Positions 9,862-19,908 of a DNA stretch of 64,000 nt are shown here, in pieces. The DNA is taken from positions 117,889-181,888 of IMG/VR virus record IMGVR_UViG_3300014202_000879; one strand, 5' to 3'. The notes beneath the pieces are model-generated. The model had not been told where the DNA came from and made no database searches. It saw nothing but the letters and a program-made list of their open reading frames with translations. Numbering within the stretch: the stretch's first letter is position 1; each line of letters opens with the position of its first letter. Position numbers and translations under genes: made by a program. This DNA comes from a virus.

Positions 9862-10113
9862 ATGATTGCTATGTTTTTTCTACAAATATTCAAGTTGTTT
9901 GTGCTGCTACTGAAAGATCTGATATTCGACCACCCTGATGAACACAACTTCAGGAGTTCCAAGTTCAATGCAAGGAAGTTTGCTGTGTTTGCTTTGGTGG
10001 TGTCGTTGATTGTGTTTGACGTGGCTGTTCTCTCCAAAGCTGTGGAGATGGCCAAAGAGACCACAGAATTGAAAGCCCAGTTGCTACAAAACTGTAAGGT
10101 GGTACCAAAGTAA
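9862..10113 (+). CDS. small membrane protein
   Basis: 83 aa with hydrophobic N-terminus, TM segment FAVFALVVSLIVFDVAVL and a coiled-coil tail. Confidence 0.6.
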   Translation: MIAMFFLQIFKLFVLLLKDLIFDHPDEHNFRSSKFNARKFAVFALVVSLIVFDVAVLSKAVEMAKETTELKAQLLQNCKVVPK

Positions 10114-10204
10114 TCTTTGGTGTCTTACTACGATAGAGTGTCAGCCTCATATTTACCCTACCTGCGTTATCCGAAGCTCTCATCAATCTACCCTTAACCT
10201 CACC

Positions 10205-11719
10205 ATGTCGCAAATCAAAAATATCGGTATTGTTCTGTATACCGATGGTTCTGCTCAACCCAATCCTGGCTGTATTGGGTCAGGTGCCCATGGATACACC
10301 TACTCGTTGTTGAACACAGGTGCTGTACAAAAAGGCATCAAAGGTGGCTACCTTCCTACTTCCAAAGGGTACTGTAAGGCAGACCAGCCACAGCTAGGAC
10401 AGCCTGTGGTCATCACGAACTACATCGACTTCTTGTCATCGAGCACAGTTCGAGGCACCAACAACAGAGCAGAGCTGATCGCTTTCATCCGTTGTGTGGA
10501 GAACATACTCACACTGGCATTCTGTGACGAGGTACACAGCGTGCATTTTCTGGTAGATAGCGAGTATGTCCAGATTGGTGTGATGCAGAGAAACGAGGGG
10601 TGGAGCAAAACCCAATGGATGGGTATGGACAACACGCCTGTGGCCAACAGCGATCTGTGGAGACTCGCCTTTGATGTGGTCAATCGACTCAAGGACAAGA
10701 ACATCGAGTTGTCTATAGGCAAGGTCAAGGCCCACTCTGATGCCTTAGGCAACGATCAAGCCGACTGGCTGAGTGCCATCGCCAGAAGCTACAGCGAGTC
10801 CGGTGAGTCGTTCGAACAGTTCGCCATCACCAAGGCCAGCAAGAAATATTGGGACTGCGACACAAGCGCACATCCCTTTATGGGTTTCAAGAGAATCTAC
10901 TTCAATTCTCAAAAGAAGCTCAATATCTCAGGTCAGTACTTCATGACTGATCCTGGGGCAGGTGATGCCTATATTGGCAACAGAAATCCAGAAACAGGGT
11001 TCGCTGTGGTGGTGTTGAGCGAGCCCGATAAAGTGGTCGAAGCTGTAAAGCAAAGACAATACGCTATCTCAGGGGACTATAACTATGTCGTTATGATGAA
11101 TTTAGACCGGCTGTATGACAAAGCTGTTTTTCCCTACATCGATAAGTACGGTCAACATGCTTTGTTCAAGAACAAGCGCAGCCTCAGTGTGGATTTTGCT
11201 GACCAAAGACCCATCACCACGGAAGTAAATCCTTCCAGACTCTCGCCCAGGGCTCTACAGGCTTTTAACTTCCTGGAAGATGTCTTGGTGAGTGTACAAG
11301 GGTCGGGTCGCAGCGAGCTCAATGGAATCGACTTCCAGTCACACGACATTACGGACATTCTCTACGAGACCAATGAGAAAGGTCAGGTGCAGTTTAAAAA
11401 GGAGTACGTGGTTGGATTCAAAAGCCTCAGCGTTGAGGTTGAGAAACACCATGAGCCTACTGACAAATTAGTCACCATCAAGGTTCCTTTGATCATGGGG
11501 CTGGATATGCCCGAGAGGAACAAACTCAAACATCTGGAAGACTATGCTCCAAGTGTGAAGCTCATCACCTGGGCGACCTCAGCAGAGTGTTTCAGGTACT
11601 GTATCTACATCCACTGCAGCAATGCTTCTGGTGTATGGTCCAACTACTTCAGTGACAGAGTCTTTCTGTCCATCGATAAGAAACCTCGTAAACCTCCCAC
11701 CCAACCCCCTTCTCTTTGA
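10205..11719 (+). CDS. rnhA: ribonuclease HI with long C-terminal extension (phiKZ gp155-like)
   Basis: Catalytic motifs YTDGS, TNNRAEL, DSEYV, KVKAHS..GNDQAD. Confidence 0.9.
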   Translation: MSQIKNIGIVLYTDGSAQPNPGCIGSGAHGYTYSLLNTGAVQKGIKGGYLPTSKGYCKADQPQLGQPVVITNYIDFLSSSTVRGTNNRAELIAFIRCVENILTLAFCDEVHSVHFLVDSEYVQIGVMQRNEGWSKTQWMGMDNTPVANSDLWRLAFDVVNRLKDKNIELSIGKVKAHSDALGNDQADWLSAIARSYSESGESFEQFAITKASKKYWDCDTSAHPFMGFKRIYFNSQKKLNISGQYFMTDPGAGDAYIGNRNPETGFAVVVLSEPDKVVEAVKQRQYAISGDYNYVVMMNLDRLYDKAVFPYIDKYGQHALFKNKRSLSVDFADQRPITTEVNPSRLSPRALQAFNFLEDVLVSVQGSGRSELNGIDFQSHDITDILYETNEKGQVQFKKEYVVGFKSLSVEVEKHHEPTDKLVTIKVPLIMGLDMPERNKLKHLEDYAPSVKLITWATSAECFRYCIYIHCSNASGVWSNYFSDRVFLSIDKKPRKPPTQPPSL

Positions 11720-11727
11720 GAGCCATC

Positions 11728-12312
11728 ATGAAATTCAGCAGTCTGATCTCTATGGTGATCGCTTTGGCGATCGCATTCCTCACCACCACCATGACAGCGG
11801 TGACCAAATCGGCGCACGCCTTCGCGGGTTTTGTCTCGCGGATCATGTTCTGGATGGTGTTTCCGTTGTTCACCTATCTGGTGCAACAGAAGGTACCTCG
11901 AAAAACGAAAAGGCAGTTGTTCTTGTCGTCGGTCTTTGCTTTGTTTTGCCGGATCAACGACCCCAGTCCCAGTACGGTCAAAGGTATGATGTCGATTCTG
12001 CTGTGTCGACAGCCGGTGGCCAGCCTGGGTGTTCTGCTGAAATCCTACACGTGGCAGAAGTTCGACGAAGAAGGTATCCTTGTTCGAACGGACATTTTGC
12101 ATCCATCCCAGATATTTGGAACGCCGTCCAATCGCCATCTGGATGAACGCGACAAACTCATTTTGGCCAAAGAGATGCTCAAGCATGTACCGGGTTGGTT
12201 GAAATACGGCAGCAGCGACCTGATGGTGGCCGACATCGTTCAACTGCTTGGACAGGTTGGCGACAATTCGAAGTCGCTGGCGATCGCTGGTCACGCAACG
12301 GCAGGCGCTTAA
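11728..12312 (+). CDS. hypothetical protein, hydrophobic N-terminus
   Basis: Follows rnhA closely and ends just before a palindrome shared with the convergent gene. ATG 11728 (track TTG 11716). Confidence 0.65.
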   Translation: MKFSSLISMVIALAIAFLTTTMTAVTKSAHAFAGFVSRIMFWMVFPLFTYLVQQKVPRKTKRQLFLSSVFALFCRINDPSPSTVKGMMSILLCRQPVASLGVLLKSYTWQKFDEEGILVRTDILHPSQIFGTPSNRHLDERDKLILAKEMLKHVPGWLKYGSSDLMVADIVQLLGQVGDNSKSLAIAGHATAGA

Positions 12313-12328
12313 CGGCGCAACTCAGCAC

Positions 12329-12360
12329 GCATGGCTGCCTGGGTGCCCAGGCAGCCATGC
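12329..12360. terminator. near-perfect palindrome between convergent genes
   Basis: GCATGGCTGCCTGGG-TG-CCCAGGCAGCCATGC, 15-bp arms. Confidence 0.6.
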
Positions 12361-12365
12361 GGTGT

Positions 12366-13346
12366 TTACAGTCGCTCCTTGAGCAGGGCAAACAAATCGA
12401 ACACCGATTTCAACAGTGTCTCTTGGCGAACACGGTGAACGGCAATCAGCTCCAGCAACTTACCTACTTCGTAGGCCCCACCCGCAAGCTTGTGTGCCAC
12501 CTGAGGTGTAACCCGCTCGATGCTGTTGGTTTCACTCAGACGAGAAATAGCATCGAGCATGACCACACACCGATCAGACATCTGTTTGATCTCAGAGATG
12601 GGTGCGTTTTGATAGGCTTCGCGCAAAGCAGGCATGCGGGGTTTCAGATCGACCACGTCTTGTGCACGGTCGAACACATCGCCTACGCGGGCATGTGACT
12701 TGCCTGAGTTGGTAGGGAAGAAACGTTTGTGTTCTGCCAAGAACTCGGTGCGTTCTTTCTTGACCTTGTTGTACAGATCAGCAGACGGCGACAAACTGGT
12801 GCGTGTTTCACCAGCAGACAAGAACTGAGCCAACATGGTGCTGTATTCGCCCAGCAAAGCCATGGTCACTTCATAGATGCCTGTTTTGCCAGAAGAGCCC
12901 TGGGTCATCAAGTCCGAGTACTTGAGCAGGTTGCCGGAGAAAGATTCTGGTACAGGAATCACCAATGAAGAAATCGATGTGAAGTTGTAAGCAGGCAGTT
13001 TCATCAAAACGTCGCCAGCGTTGGACTCAAAGACGCCTTTGTTCAGAAACGACTTGTCTTCACCTTCGGAGATGAACAAATTGTTGACCGTGTCACGCAA
13101 TGTGACAGCGATCCGAGGAATGGTGTCGTGCATAAAACCAACAGCGTTGGTTATGAATTCGCTCTCAAGGGCCAGGCGCCGCATGTCGCTTTGAATGTTT
13201 TCTGGAGAAATACGTGAGGCGCTGGGAATGTCCAGAGCTTGCAGTGTCAGATGGAATGTCATACCGTTCTTTCGTATTGGGGTGTGGAGGAAATGATGTG
13301 CTCTAACCAAAGCAAACTTACGTTTAAGTTTAGAGTTCTGAACCAT
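12366..13346 (-). CDS. virion (inner head) protein, phiKZ gp153-like
   Basis: 326 aa with LALES putative protease site near the N-terminus; divergent from uvsX as in phiKZ. Confidence 0.6.
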   Translation of the reverse strand: MVQNSKLKRKFALVRAHHFLHTPIRKNGMTFHLTLQALDIPSASRISPENIQSDMRRLALESEFITNAVGFMHDTIPRIAVTLRDTVNNLFISEGEDKSFLNKGVFESNAGDVLMKLPAYNFTSISSLVIPVPESFSGNLLKYSDLMTQGSSGKTGIYEVTMALLGEYSTMLAQFLSAGETRTSLSPSADLYNKVKKERTEFLAEHKRFFPTNSGKSHARVGDVFDRAQDVVDLKPRMPALREAYQNAPISEIKQMSDRCVVMLDAISRLSETNSIERVTPQVAHKLAGGAYEVGKLLELIAVHRVRQETLLKSVFDLFALLKERL

Positions 13347-13395
13347 ATTATGAATGAAAAATGAGTGTCGGTACCAACTTTAACATTGAGAAACC

Positions 13396-14823
13396 ATGGC
13401 CACAACTGAACCTATCCGTCCTCCTTTTACGATGACACAGCGTCATCGCCTGCCCATCAACACCGGGTGTCTTATGGACATACCCACGGCTTTCTTCTCC
13501 AGGGGCCAGCGTGGCGAGACGCTTGTCTTGGGTGGGCTTGGCACCATGACAGGCATCACTGCCTCTGGCAATATCGGCAAGTCCACCTTCATGGAGTTCC
13601 TGGGTGGTACAGCTGCTCACCGTATGGATTACGGTGGTCAAGATACCTCTGTGTCCAAGTACGACACAGAAGAGAATGCGTTCGTTGATCGAAGCCTCCA
13701 GCTCCTTGCCTCAGCTGGCTTCTACCCTGGGCGCGATGTATTCAACGAAGGAAAATGGCGTCTGACTTGTAAGAAAGACGAAATGGCCGACGTGTGGTTT
13801 GAACACTACAAAGAGTTCATCAATGCCAAAAAGCAACTCAAGCCAGAGCAGTTCATCGACACCCCTTTGTGCGGGTACGATGGCAAAGAAGCCATGCGCG
13901 TGCGCCCTGTGTCCATCACCATGGTGGACTCGTTGAGCGACATGGTCACCAAACAGGCTTTGGATATCCACGACAAAGTGGAGATCGATAGCTCAGAACA
14001 GAAAATGGTCCACATGAACCAAGGTCTGATCAAGCACAACATGCTGATGGCCATGCCTGCTATGGCTGGATCGGCACAGGACTACATCATTTTCACAGGT
14101 CAGTACAAGTCCAATGGTCCTTTGATCATGACGCCTGGTGCACAACTCCCTGTACGTCAACTGCAACACATGAAGATCGGCGACAAGATCGCTGGCTGCT
14201 CCCCCAAGTTCTTCCTGCTGTTGCAGAACTGCTGGCACCTGTACGGCATCAAGGAGCTGGTGCACAAGGAAACGAAAACGCCTTATTATCCCGAGACCCA
14301 AGGGGTATTGCGCGAAGACAGCGAACTCAACTGCGTGAGTGTGCGCAACCTGCGCAGCAAGACTGGCTCCAGTGGCGTGTCGTTCGATGTGATCATGTCG
14401 CAGCGCGATGGTGTGCAGCCTGCGCTGACCGAGTTCCATTACCTGAAAGAGAACCGTGATTTCTTTGGGTTTCATGGCAACAACACCACATACAAACTGG
14501 ATATCTATCCGGATGTAGCGCTGACACGAACAACTGTTCGACAAAAGCTGCGCAACGATCCCAAACTGGTCAGGGCCGTCAACATCACGTCCGAGTTGGC
14601 TCAGATGCAATTCTGGCACCCTTACATGACTGAGAGACTGTGCAGTCCCAAAGAGCTGTTCGAAGGCATCAAACAGCAAGGCTACGACTGGGACGAGATC
14701 CTGGGTGAGACACGTGGCTGGTACACGTTCCCAGACAACTACAACACGCCTTTGAAATTCTTGTCCATCGTGGACCTGATGGATATGCGTATCGGAAAAT
14801 ACAAGCCTTACTGGAAACAATAA
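13396..14823 (+). CDS. uvsX: UvsX/RecA-like recombinase (phiKZ gp152-like)
   Basis: Walker A ASGNIGKST, YDTE, Walker B VDSLS, KNLRSK-like VRNLRSKTGSSG. Confidence 0.85.
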   Translation: MATTEPIRPPFTMTQRHRLPINTGCLMDIPTAFFSRGQRGETLVLGGLGTMTGITASGNIGKSTFMEFLGGTAAHRMDYGGQDTSVSKYDTEENAFVDRSLQLLASAGFYPGRDVFNEGKWRLTCKKDEMADVWFEHYKEFINAKKQLKPEQFIDTPLCGYDGKEAMRVRPVSITMVDSLSDMVTKQALDIHDKVEIDSSEQKMVHMNQGLIKHNMLMAMPAMAGSAQDYIIFTGQYKSNGPLIMTPGAQLPVRQLQHMKIGDKIAGCSPKFFLLLQNCWHLYGIKELVHKETKTPYYPETQGVLREDSELNCVSVRNLRSKTGSSGVSFDVIMSQRDGVQPALTEFHYLKENRDFFGFHGNNTTYKLDIYPDVALTRTTVRQKLRNDPKLVRAVNITSELAQMQFWHPYMTERLCSPKELFEGIKQQGYDWDEILGETRGWYTFPDNYNTPLKFLSIVDLMDMRIGKYKPYWKQ

Positions 14824-14846
14824 CTTTTCTCAAGGAGATTTCTCTT

Positions 14847-15209
14847 ATGATCGATCAACCACAACCCACGGCAGAACAAAGCGTCACGCAACGTCCTTAC
14901 AGCCGACCCCGTGACCCAGGGGACACCGACTTGGTGAAGGAACTCAAGAACTTGTTCTTGAAGATGGGCATGACCAACAAAATGCATGTGTTCGACACCA
15001 ACCGACATCTGGTGGGCGCCGTGGACAAACACTGGGAAGCCCAGCGGTGGCACCTCAACCGTTTTGTCTACGAAACGCTTTTGTGTGTGGCACCTTTCCC
15101 CATCACGCTGAACACGGCCATGCTTCGCGACGGCACACCGGGCGACTGGCTCCACAACGTACGTTTGGTCATTATTCCGTACTTCATCGAAAAAGATCTG
15201 CCTGTCTGA
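14847..15209 (+). CDS. conserved hypothetical protein
   Basis: 120-aa ORF after AAGGAG RBS, in the uvsX operon. Confidence 0.7.
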   Translation: MIDQPQPTAEQSVTQRPYSRPRDPGDTDLVKELKNLFLKMGMTNKMHVFDTNRHLVGAVDKHWEAQRWHLNRFVYETLLCVAPFPITLNTAMLRDGTPGDWLHNVRLVIIPYFIEKDLPV

Positions 15210-15264
15210 AGAATTGAGATGCGGTGGGAAACTACCGCATCTCAATCATTTCACACGAACCACC

Positions 15265-15960
15265 ATGACACCACTTAGACAGAAACAACAAGACTACATA
15301 CTGCTCAACGTACAGCGACTTGTGCCTGGCGTGGATCAAACCTTCTTTTACAAGAAGTTCTTCGAGACGATGTCCGACCAACAGTTCTCAGCATGGTTGG
15401 AGAAACTCTATAAGCAAGAAGCTTACTTGATTGTTATCTCACCGAACTTTGCCAAGGGTGGTATCGACTATGAGCGAAACCTGAAGATAGGTAAAGAGCT
15501 GGGTCTGGAGATGCTGCAGCAGATCTGGATAGAAGACCCAGAGTCTGGTCGAACCTACCTAACACCTGAGAAGTTTCTGGTGGCTGACTGTCCATTTCGC
15601 CGAGCTTCGCAGATGATTGTGAAGAAGGCATCGATACCTATCAGCATGAGTGTGGTAGACAACCAGTCGGGTCAGCCCACCGGTGACTCCAAAGGTGCTC
15701 AAGTGTCTATGGTAGAACTCGGACTGCTGGCTGCTTCTGGTCTGGAGAACACCGCGCTGGAGCTTGTGAAAGTTCGAGGTGGTGACTTGCAAGCTTTTTC
15801 TGCTTTGAATGCTTCGCTGTCCAAACACGGAAGAGCCAACTTGAAAACACTGCAGCAGTTTTCATCGGGTGTGGAATCCACCAAAACCCTGCAGATCATT
15901 TTTGCATGTGCTATGCTCAAAACAAACTTCTACACCCGAGGAGGACCACTTGGAACGTAA
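15265..15960 (+). CDS. virion RNA polymerase beta subunit, C-terminal part (phiKZ gp149-like)
   Basis: SGQPTGDSKGAQVSMVEL...ELVKVRGGD resembles the RpoB C-terminal TxQPxxG...GEME...E.lt.KSDD region. ATG 15265 (track start 15214). Confidence 0.8.
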   Translation: MTPLRQKQQDYILLNVQRLVPGVDQTFFYKKFFETMSDQQFSAWLEKLYKQEAYLIVISPNFAKGGIDYERNLKIGKELGLEMLQQIWIEDPESGRTYLTPEKFLVADCPFRRASQMIVKKASIPISMSVVDNQSGQPTGDSKGAQVSMVELGLLAASGLENTALELVKVRGGDLQAFSALNASLSKHGRANLKTLQQFSSGVESTKTLQIIFACAMLKTNFYTRGGPLGT

Positions 15961-16693
15961 GACAGCCAAAGTCTACGTCTCTTTGGATACCCTACTAGAC
16001 ACCCGGCTTGGGTGTCTAGTAGAGAACTTTAAAGACAAGACTCCAGAATACCTGGTCGGGTACAAGAGCAGAAAATATGAAAGGTTTGGAGACCTCTCGT
16101 GTACAGACTTCAGAAAACTGTATATGAAACGCTCCAAGTCCATACTGGCCAACAGTACCATCACCGGTGTACAAGACCTGTTGACCCAAATAGCGGTTAT
16201 CCAGGAAAAAGAAAATGCATCAGGTCCAGAACCTCTTCGTCTGGCTCTTGAGCTCAACACCTATCCCTTTGTGCTGACTGCAGAGGAACAAGACAAGATC
16301 AAGCGGTTGCTGAAGTACGTCACAGCCAACTGCTATTCGCAAGTACAGGTGGTTTGTTTGTCGGACAAGGAAATACCTCCTGCCTACTTCAAGAACAACT
16401 ACACTGCGATTTTCATGTATGGGTACTCGGATTGGTTCTTGCTACACACCAGTTTGAACAACTTTCAAAAGGCAATCATACCCAGTGTCGCGTTCATCGT
16501 GCCTGAGGTTATCTTCTACGATGGTAAGACCGAGGAAGAGTTTGCTCAGAAGTATCCTGGTAAGAACATCTTTGATGTGATCGAGGTGGTGATGGCGCCT
16601 TTTGTAGGGGTGTCGTTTTACTCCATCGACCACTTCTGCGCTTTGCCCATCAAGGACGTAACGTCTAAGATGTCCGAAGATCGTCCAACGTAA
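15950..16693 (+). CDS. conserved hypothetical protein
   Basis: GAGGAGG RBS before TTG 15950; YVSLDTLLDTRLG motif typical of phiKZ-like core genes (track start 15869). Confidence 0.7.
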   Translation: MERKTAKVYVSLDTLLDTRLGCLVENFKDKTPEYLVGYKSRKYERFGDLSCTDFRKLYMKRSKSILANSTITGVQDLLTQIAVIQEKENASGPEPLRLALELNTYPFVLTAEEQDKIKRLLKYVTANCYSQVQVVCLSDKEIPPAYFKNNYTAIFMYGYSDWFLLHTSLNNFQKAIIPSVAFIVPEVIFYDGKTEEEFAQKYPGKNIFDVIEVVMAPFVGVSFYSIDHFCALPIKDVTSKMSEDRPT

Positions 16694-17054
16694 GTGGGAA
16701 CTGTCCGATATCTTTTTCACCAGGCACCGCATCAGTCAAAGGTGCGGACACTGATCTGGTCCTTCTTGCTGTAGAAGGGATAGGTACCGAAGGCGCTGCC
16801 ATAGCCATGAAGGCCCGTACAGAGTTGGCCACGTTGGCAGAGCTGTCCGCTTGTTTGGAATTGGACCTTGCTTTGGACTTCCCGAAAGCCGACTTGTCGG
16901 ATGAATCCAGAACACTGAGTAGCAGCTTGGCACGGTCCGTATCCTTGATGTAGTCTTTATCGTCTGTGATCTTGGCGATCATCGAGGCACGGATACTTTC
17001 GTTCCTCTCCAGAGCAAAACTTTCCTCGTCCAAAAACACACCATTGTCGTCCAT
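16665..17054 (-). CDS. conserved hypothetical protein
   Basis: AAAGG before ATG 17054 (track start 17105); LLSVLDSSDKSAFGKSK motif. Confidence 0.65.
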   Translation of the reverse strand: MDDNGVFLDEESFALERNESIRASMIAKITDDKDYIKDTDRAKLLLSVLDSSDKSAFGKSKARSNSKQADSSANVANSVRAFMAMAAPSVPIPSTARRTRSVSAPLTDAVPGEKDIGQFPLTLDDLRTS

Positions 17055-17084
17055 GATGAAACCTTTCCTATACAAAATTAAGCG

Positions 17085-17102
17085 ATATATACTTGAACTG
17101 AC
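17085..17102 (+). promoter_or_regulatory. putative early (vRNAP) promoter motif
   Basis: ATATATACTTGAACTGAC; one of seven intergenic or gene-edge copies. Confidence 0.65.
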
Positions 17103-17121
17103 CACATGTGTAAATGTTGCC

Positions 17122-17613
17122 GTGCTGTTACATTTGCATACGTTGTCTGAGCTTCTTTTGTCCCAGATACCCCAGTATCAAGACATCGATCCATACGATC
17201 AACAACCTGTGTGTGATGAGCAACGTGATACTGTATCCAGAATCTACGAAAATGACTCTGCGACAGCTGTTATCTACAGCCGCTATTCCAGCATAAGCGA
17301 GTACACAAGAGCCCTGAGGCATGGTATATTTTGCCTAACCACCTACAGGGAATTCGCAAGCCCACCCAACAGAGCACCTGTGGGTATCCTGTATTTTTTC
17401 ACAACACCCAGTGGCAATCTGTTCATCGATCCACTCAGACCATGGGGTCTGTTTGTTCATCATGTTCAGATACTGGAAGCTCTACACAACCAACTGAAGG
17501 AGAAAGGACTCGAGAATGCCGATGAAGTAACACAAACGAATGCGGTTAGAACCAGCATCATGCTGGACGATGCCCTAGTCATCATCCGCAACATCACCAT
17601 GAAAGAGCTATAG
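17122..17613 (+). CDS. hypothetical protein (start uncertain)
   Basis: Track ORF 16966..17613 overlaps the divergent gene and the promoter motif, so a GTG/TTG start at 17122-17143 is more plausible. Confidence 0.55.
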   Translation: MLLHLHTLSELLLSQIPQYQDIDPYDQQPVCDEQRDTVSRIYENDSATAVIYSRYSSISEYTRALRHGIFCLTTYREFASPPNRAPVGILYFFTTPSGNLFIDPLRPWGLFVHHVQILEALHNQLKEKGLENADEVTQTNAVRTSIMLDDALVIIRNITMKEL

Positions 17614-17617
17614 GACA

Positions 17618-18130
17618 ATGGATGAAAACCAGATACTAGAGAGAGCAGCGATAGCTTCTGGTATAGCTGCCGCAAGAGAAGGTGGCTTCCTACCAGAGAC
17701 AACGGAAGATGCTACGCCAGAAGCCGTCTTAGCCAACGTCTTCAGGACGATCCTGAGGGACAACGGTGTAACGGCTTCGGACTTCAAGAGACTCATCGAT
17801 GACCACTTGCAGAAACAACGGATACCGAGTCAAGGTGCCTCGTCTCCAGATGCAAGAAGCAACTGGGTCAAAGACATCTGGGCAACAAGGATGTCTTGGG
17901 GTGTGTTTCTGAAGAACCTGAAGGCAATCCTCAACGCAGTAGCTTTTGACATTCAGTTCACGATCTACTACAAAAACAAACCTCCTTCCCACCACAAAAA
18001 CACTGTTTACTTTGACCAAGAGGCAGTGCAAATTGTAGAGCGTCACAATGCAAAACAACCCACAACTTCAAGCGCATCTGGAATCGATCCCTTGCCCGGA
18101 CCGCATAGCCACCCTGATAGCAACGCTTAA
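17618..18130 (+). CDS. conserved hypothetical protein
   Basis: LANVFRTIL...RSNWVKDIWATRMSWGVFLKNL pattern recalled from phiKZ-like phages; AGGA RBS. Confidence 0.7.
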   Translation: MDENQILERAAIASGIAAAREGGFLPETTEDATPEAVLANVFRTILRDNGVTASDFKRLIDDHLQKQRIPSQGASSPDARSNWVKDIWATRMSWGVFLKNLKAILNAVAFDIQFTIYYKNKPPSHHKNTVYFDQEAVQIVERHNAKQPTTSSASGIDPLPGPHSHPDSNA

Positions 18131-18632
18131 CCCCACGCCGGCTGCGATCTTCTCGGCCATTGCGGTTCAGACCTGCTACGATCTCATCGAGAGGCTGAAG
18201 GTTTCCGAAAACGGTGACCTGCTTATCGATAAGATCACCGAAATGACAGTGGCGATGAGCGTGAATCAGTTCTTCTCGCCTCGGCTGCGAAGCAAGCTGC
18301 TGAGCTTTCGCGATGCGGTGACCGACGAGTTCACTGCCATCGTCATGACACGGGTCACAACGATGACCGACATGAAGTTTGTCGAGGTGGCCATCGACAG
18401 TACCTTGACGGCGATCGTGATCGCTAACAAAACCTGTTTTCCTGACAGCCGGGAAGGCAACGCTTCGATTTACCGGTACGACCCAAAGGACGTCGGCATG
18501 TTTGTAACGGAGCAATGGTGGGCGGCGGTGTTCTATGTGGTCATCACCAGCATCGACTTTGGGCGACTGAACTCGCTGAAATCTCCACCCAAACCGGCTC
18601 CATACGGTGGTCGTGGGTTTATTGAGCGCTGA
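18048..18632 (+). CDS. hypothetical protein
   Basis: 194-aa ORF with protein-like composition in the same operon. Confidence 0.6.
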   Translation: MQNNPQLQAHLESIPCPDRIATLIATLNPTPAAIFSAIAVQTCYDLIERLKVSENGDLLIDKITEMTVAMSVNQFFSPRLRSKLLSFRDAVTDEFTAIVMTRVTTMTDMKFVEVAIDSTLTAIVIANKTCFPDSREGNASIYRYDPKDVGMFVTEQWWAAVFYVVITSIDFGRLNSLKSPPKPAPYGGRGFIER

Positions 18633-18776
18633 CTGAATTAGCGACCAACTGTGGCTAGCAGGGTATTTCTTCATCACCTGCTAAAATTAAGTGTCCGGGT
18701 ACAGCTGGGCACTCACCTTCTTCTCCTTTTCCTCTACCCTCTCCACCACCTTGTGGTGGTTTACAGAAAGACCGTC

Positions 18777-19850
18777 ATGGCAAAACAGAAAAGCTCCTAC
18801 GCTCAGAAGAAAGCATTGCGCAACGCGAACATGGGCTCGATGACAGCTGCGCGCGCCCAAGACGACATCCATTCGTGGATGGAAGATGGCGTCGACCACA
18901 TCCTTATCTCGCCTTTCGGTGCCACAGCACTGGGCCGAGCGCTGGCCACCACCAGTGGTTCTTGGATTCCACAGCCGGAATCCAAAAGCAAGGTCGTCCA
19001 CCTGCCGTTTTCCGTGCAGTTCATCGGTGAGTTCAACACCATTGACGGCATGCTCCTGTGGCTGCAGTTGCAAGCTTTCCCTCGTGTGGAGGACTTCCGC
19101 AAGGTGACTGGCAAGAATATCTACCACCTGAAATGCACAGCAGGCAGCGAAGGTTTCGCGCCTCGGCCGGTGATCAACAGCCGAGCCATCATTGCCATGG
19201 CAATGATGGAACGCATCATCCAAAACGATGTACTGCTCATGGCCATGAAGTCGAACAACCTCCCGTTCGACGCCTACGACGTGAACTCCACCACCTGCCG
19301 CCGCGAGATCAAGCCGTGGAACAACCGCTGGTGCTTGCCTATCTACGACGCCATCAAACAATGTTTGGACACAGAAGGTGTTCCGGCCAAGGTGCTGGGC
19401 GAAGATGGGCTGACCACCGAGTACACCGGGTTCAATCACATGTTCTGGCGTGACGAAAACATCGGCTTGTTCGAAGGTGCTGTGCACAAGTACCAGCTGG
19501 ACGCCATTCGCAAGAAACAAGAAATTGCGAAGCAGGTCGAGGAAGCGCGCCAAGCTGCTGAAAAGGCCAAAGCTCAAAAGGCGATGGAGGAGTCGGTTAG
19601 CCCAATCAGCAACCTGGGTTTCTTGACCCCAGCGGAAAACACGTTGCAGATCATGCTCGCGCCGACCGATCCTTTCGCCAAGCAAGAAGCCGTGGACATG
19701 TTCGCGCCAGTGAACAACATGTTTGGCGTGAGCGCCGAAGTGGAAGCCGAGCCACTCGCTGAACCCAGTGCCGATCTGAGTGACTCGATTGCTCAGATGA
19801 CCACCGAACTTCCGAAAGAAGAGCCACCGATCGTTCACCCCAACGTCTGA
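18777..19850 (+). CDS. conserved hypothetical protein (DGVDHI...T.LGR.L family)
   Basis: EDGVDHILISPFGATALGRALA motif; strong C-ending codon bias. ATG 18777 (track start 18651). Confidence 0.75.
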   Translation: MAKQKSSYAQKKALRNANMGSMTAARAQDDIHSWMEDGVDHILISPFGATALGRALATTSGSWIPQPESKSKVVHLPFSVQFIGEFNTIDGMLLWLQLQAFPRVEDFRKVTGKNIYHLKCTAGSEGFAPRPVINSRAIIAMAMMERIIQNDVLLMAMKSNNLPFDAYDVNSTTCRREIKPWNNRWCLPIYDAIKQCLDTEGVPAKVLGEDGLTTEYTGFNHMFWRDENIGLFEGAVHKYQLDAIRKKQEIAKQVEEARQAAEKAKAQKAMEESVSPISNLGFLTPAENTLQIMLAPTDPFAKQEAVDMFAPVNNMFGVSAEVEAEPLAEPSADLSDSIAQMTTELPKEEPPIVHPNV

Positions 19851-19857
19851 TCGACCG

Positions 19858-19908
19858 CCGCACCAACCAGGGCTAATCCCCTCGGTTGGTGCGGTAGTTC
19901 TTTTTTTT
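19858..19908 (+). terminator. intrinsic terminator
   Basis: CCGCACCAACC...GGTTGGTGCGG stem followed by T8. Confidence 0.75.

Noticed and set aside
11644-12294. 216-aa minus ORF competing with 11728..12312
   Set aside because: The plus frame continues the rnhA operon and ends at the convergent palindrome; the minus frame looks like a shadow.
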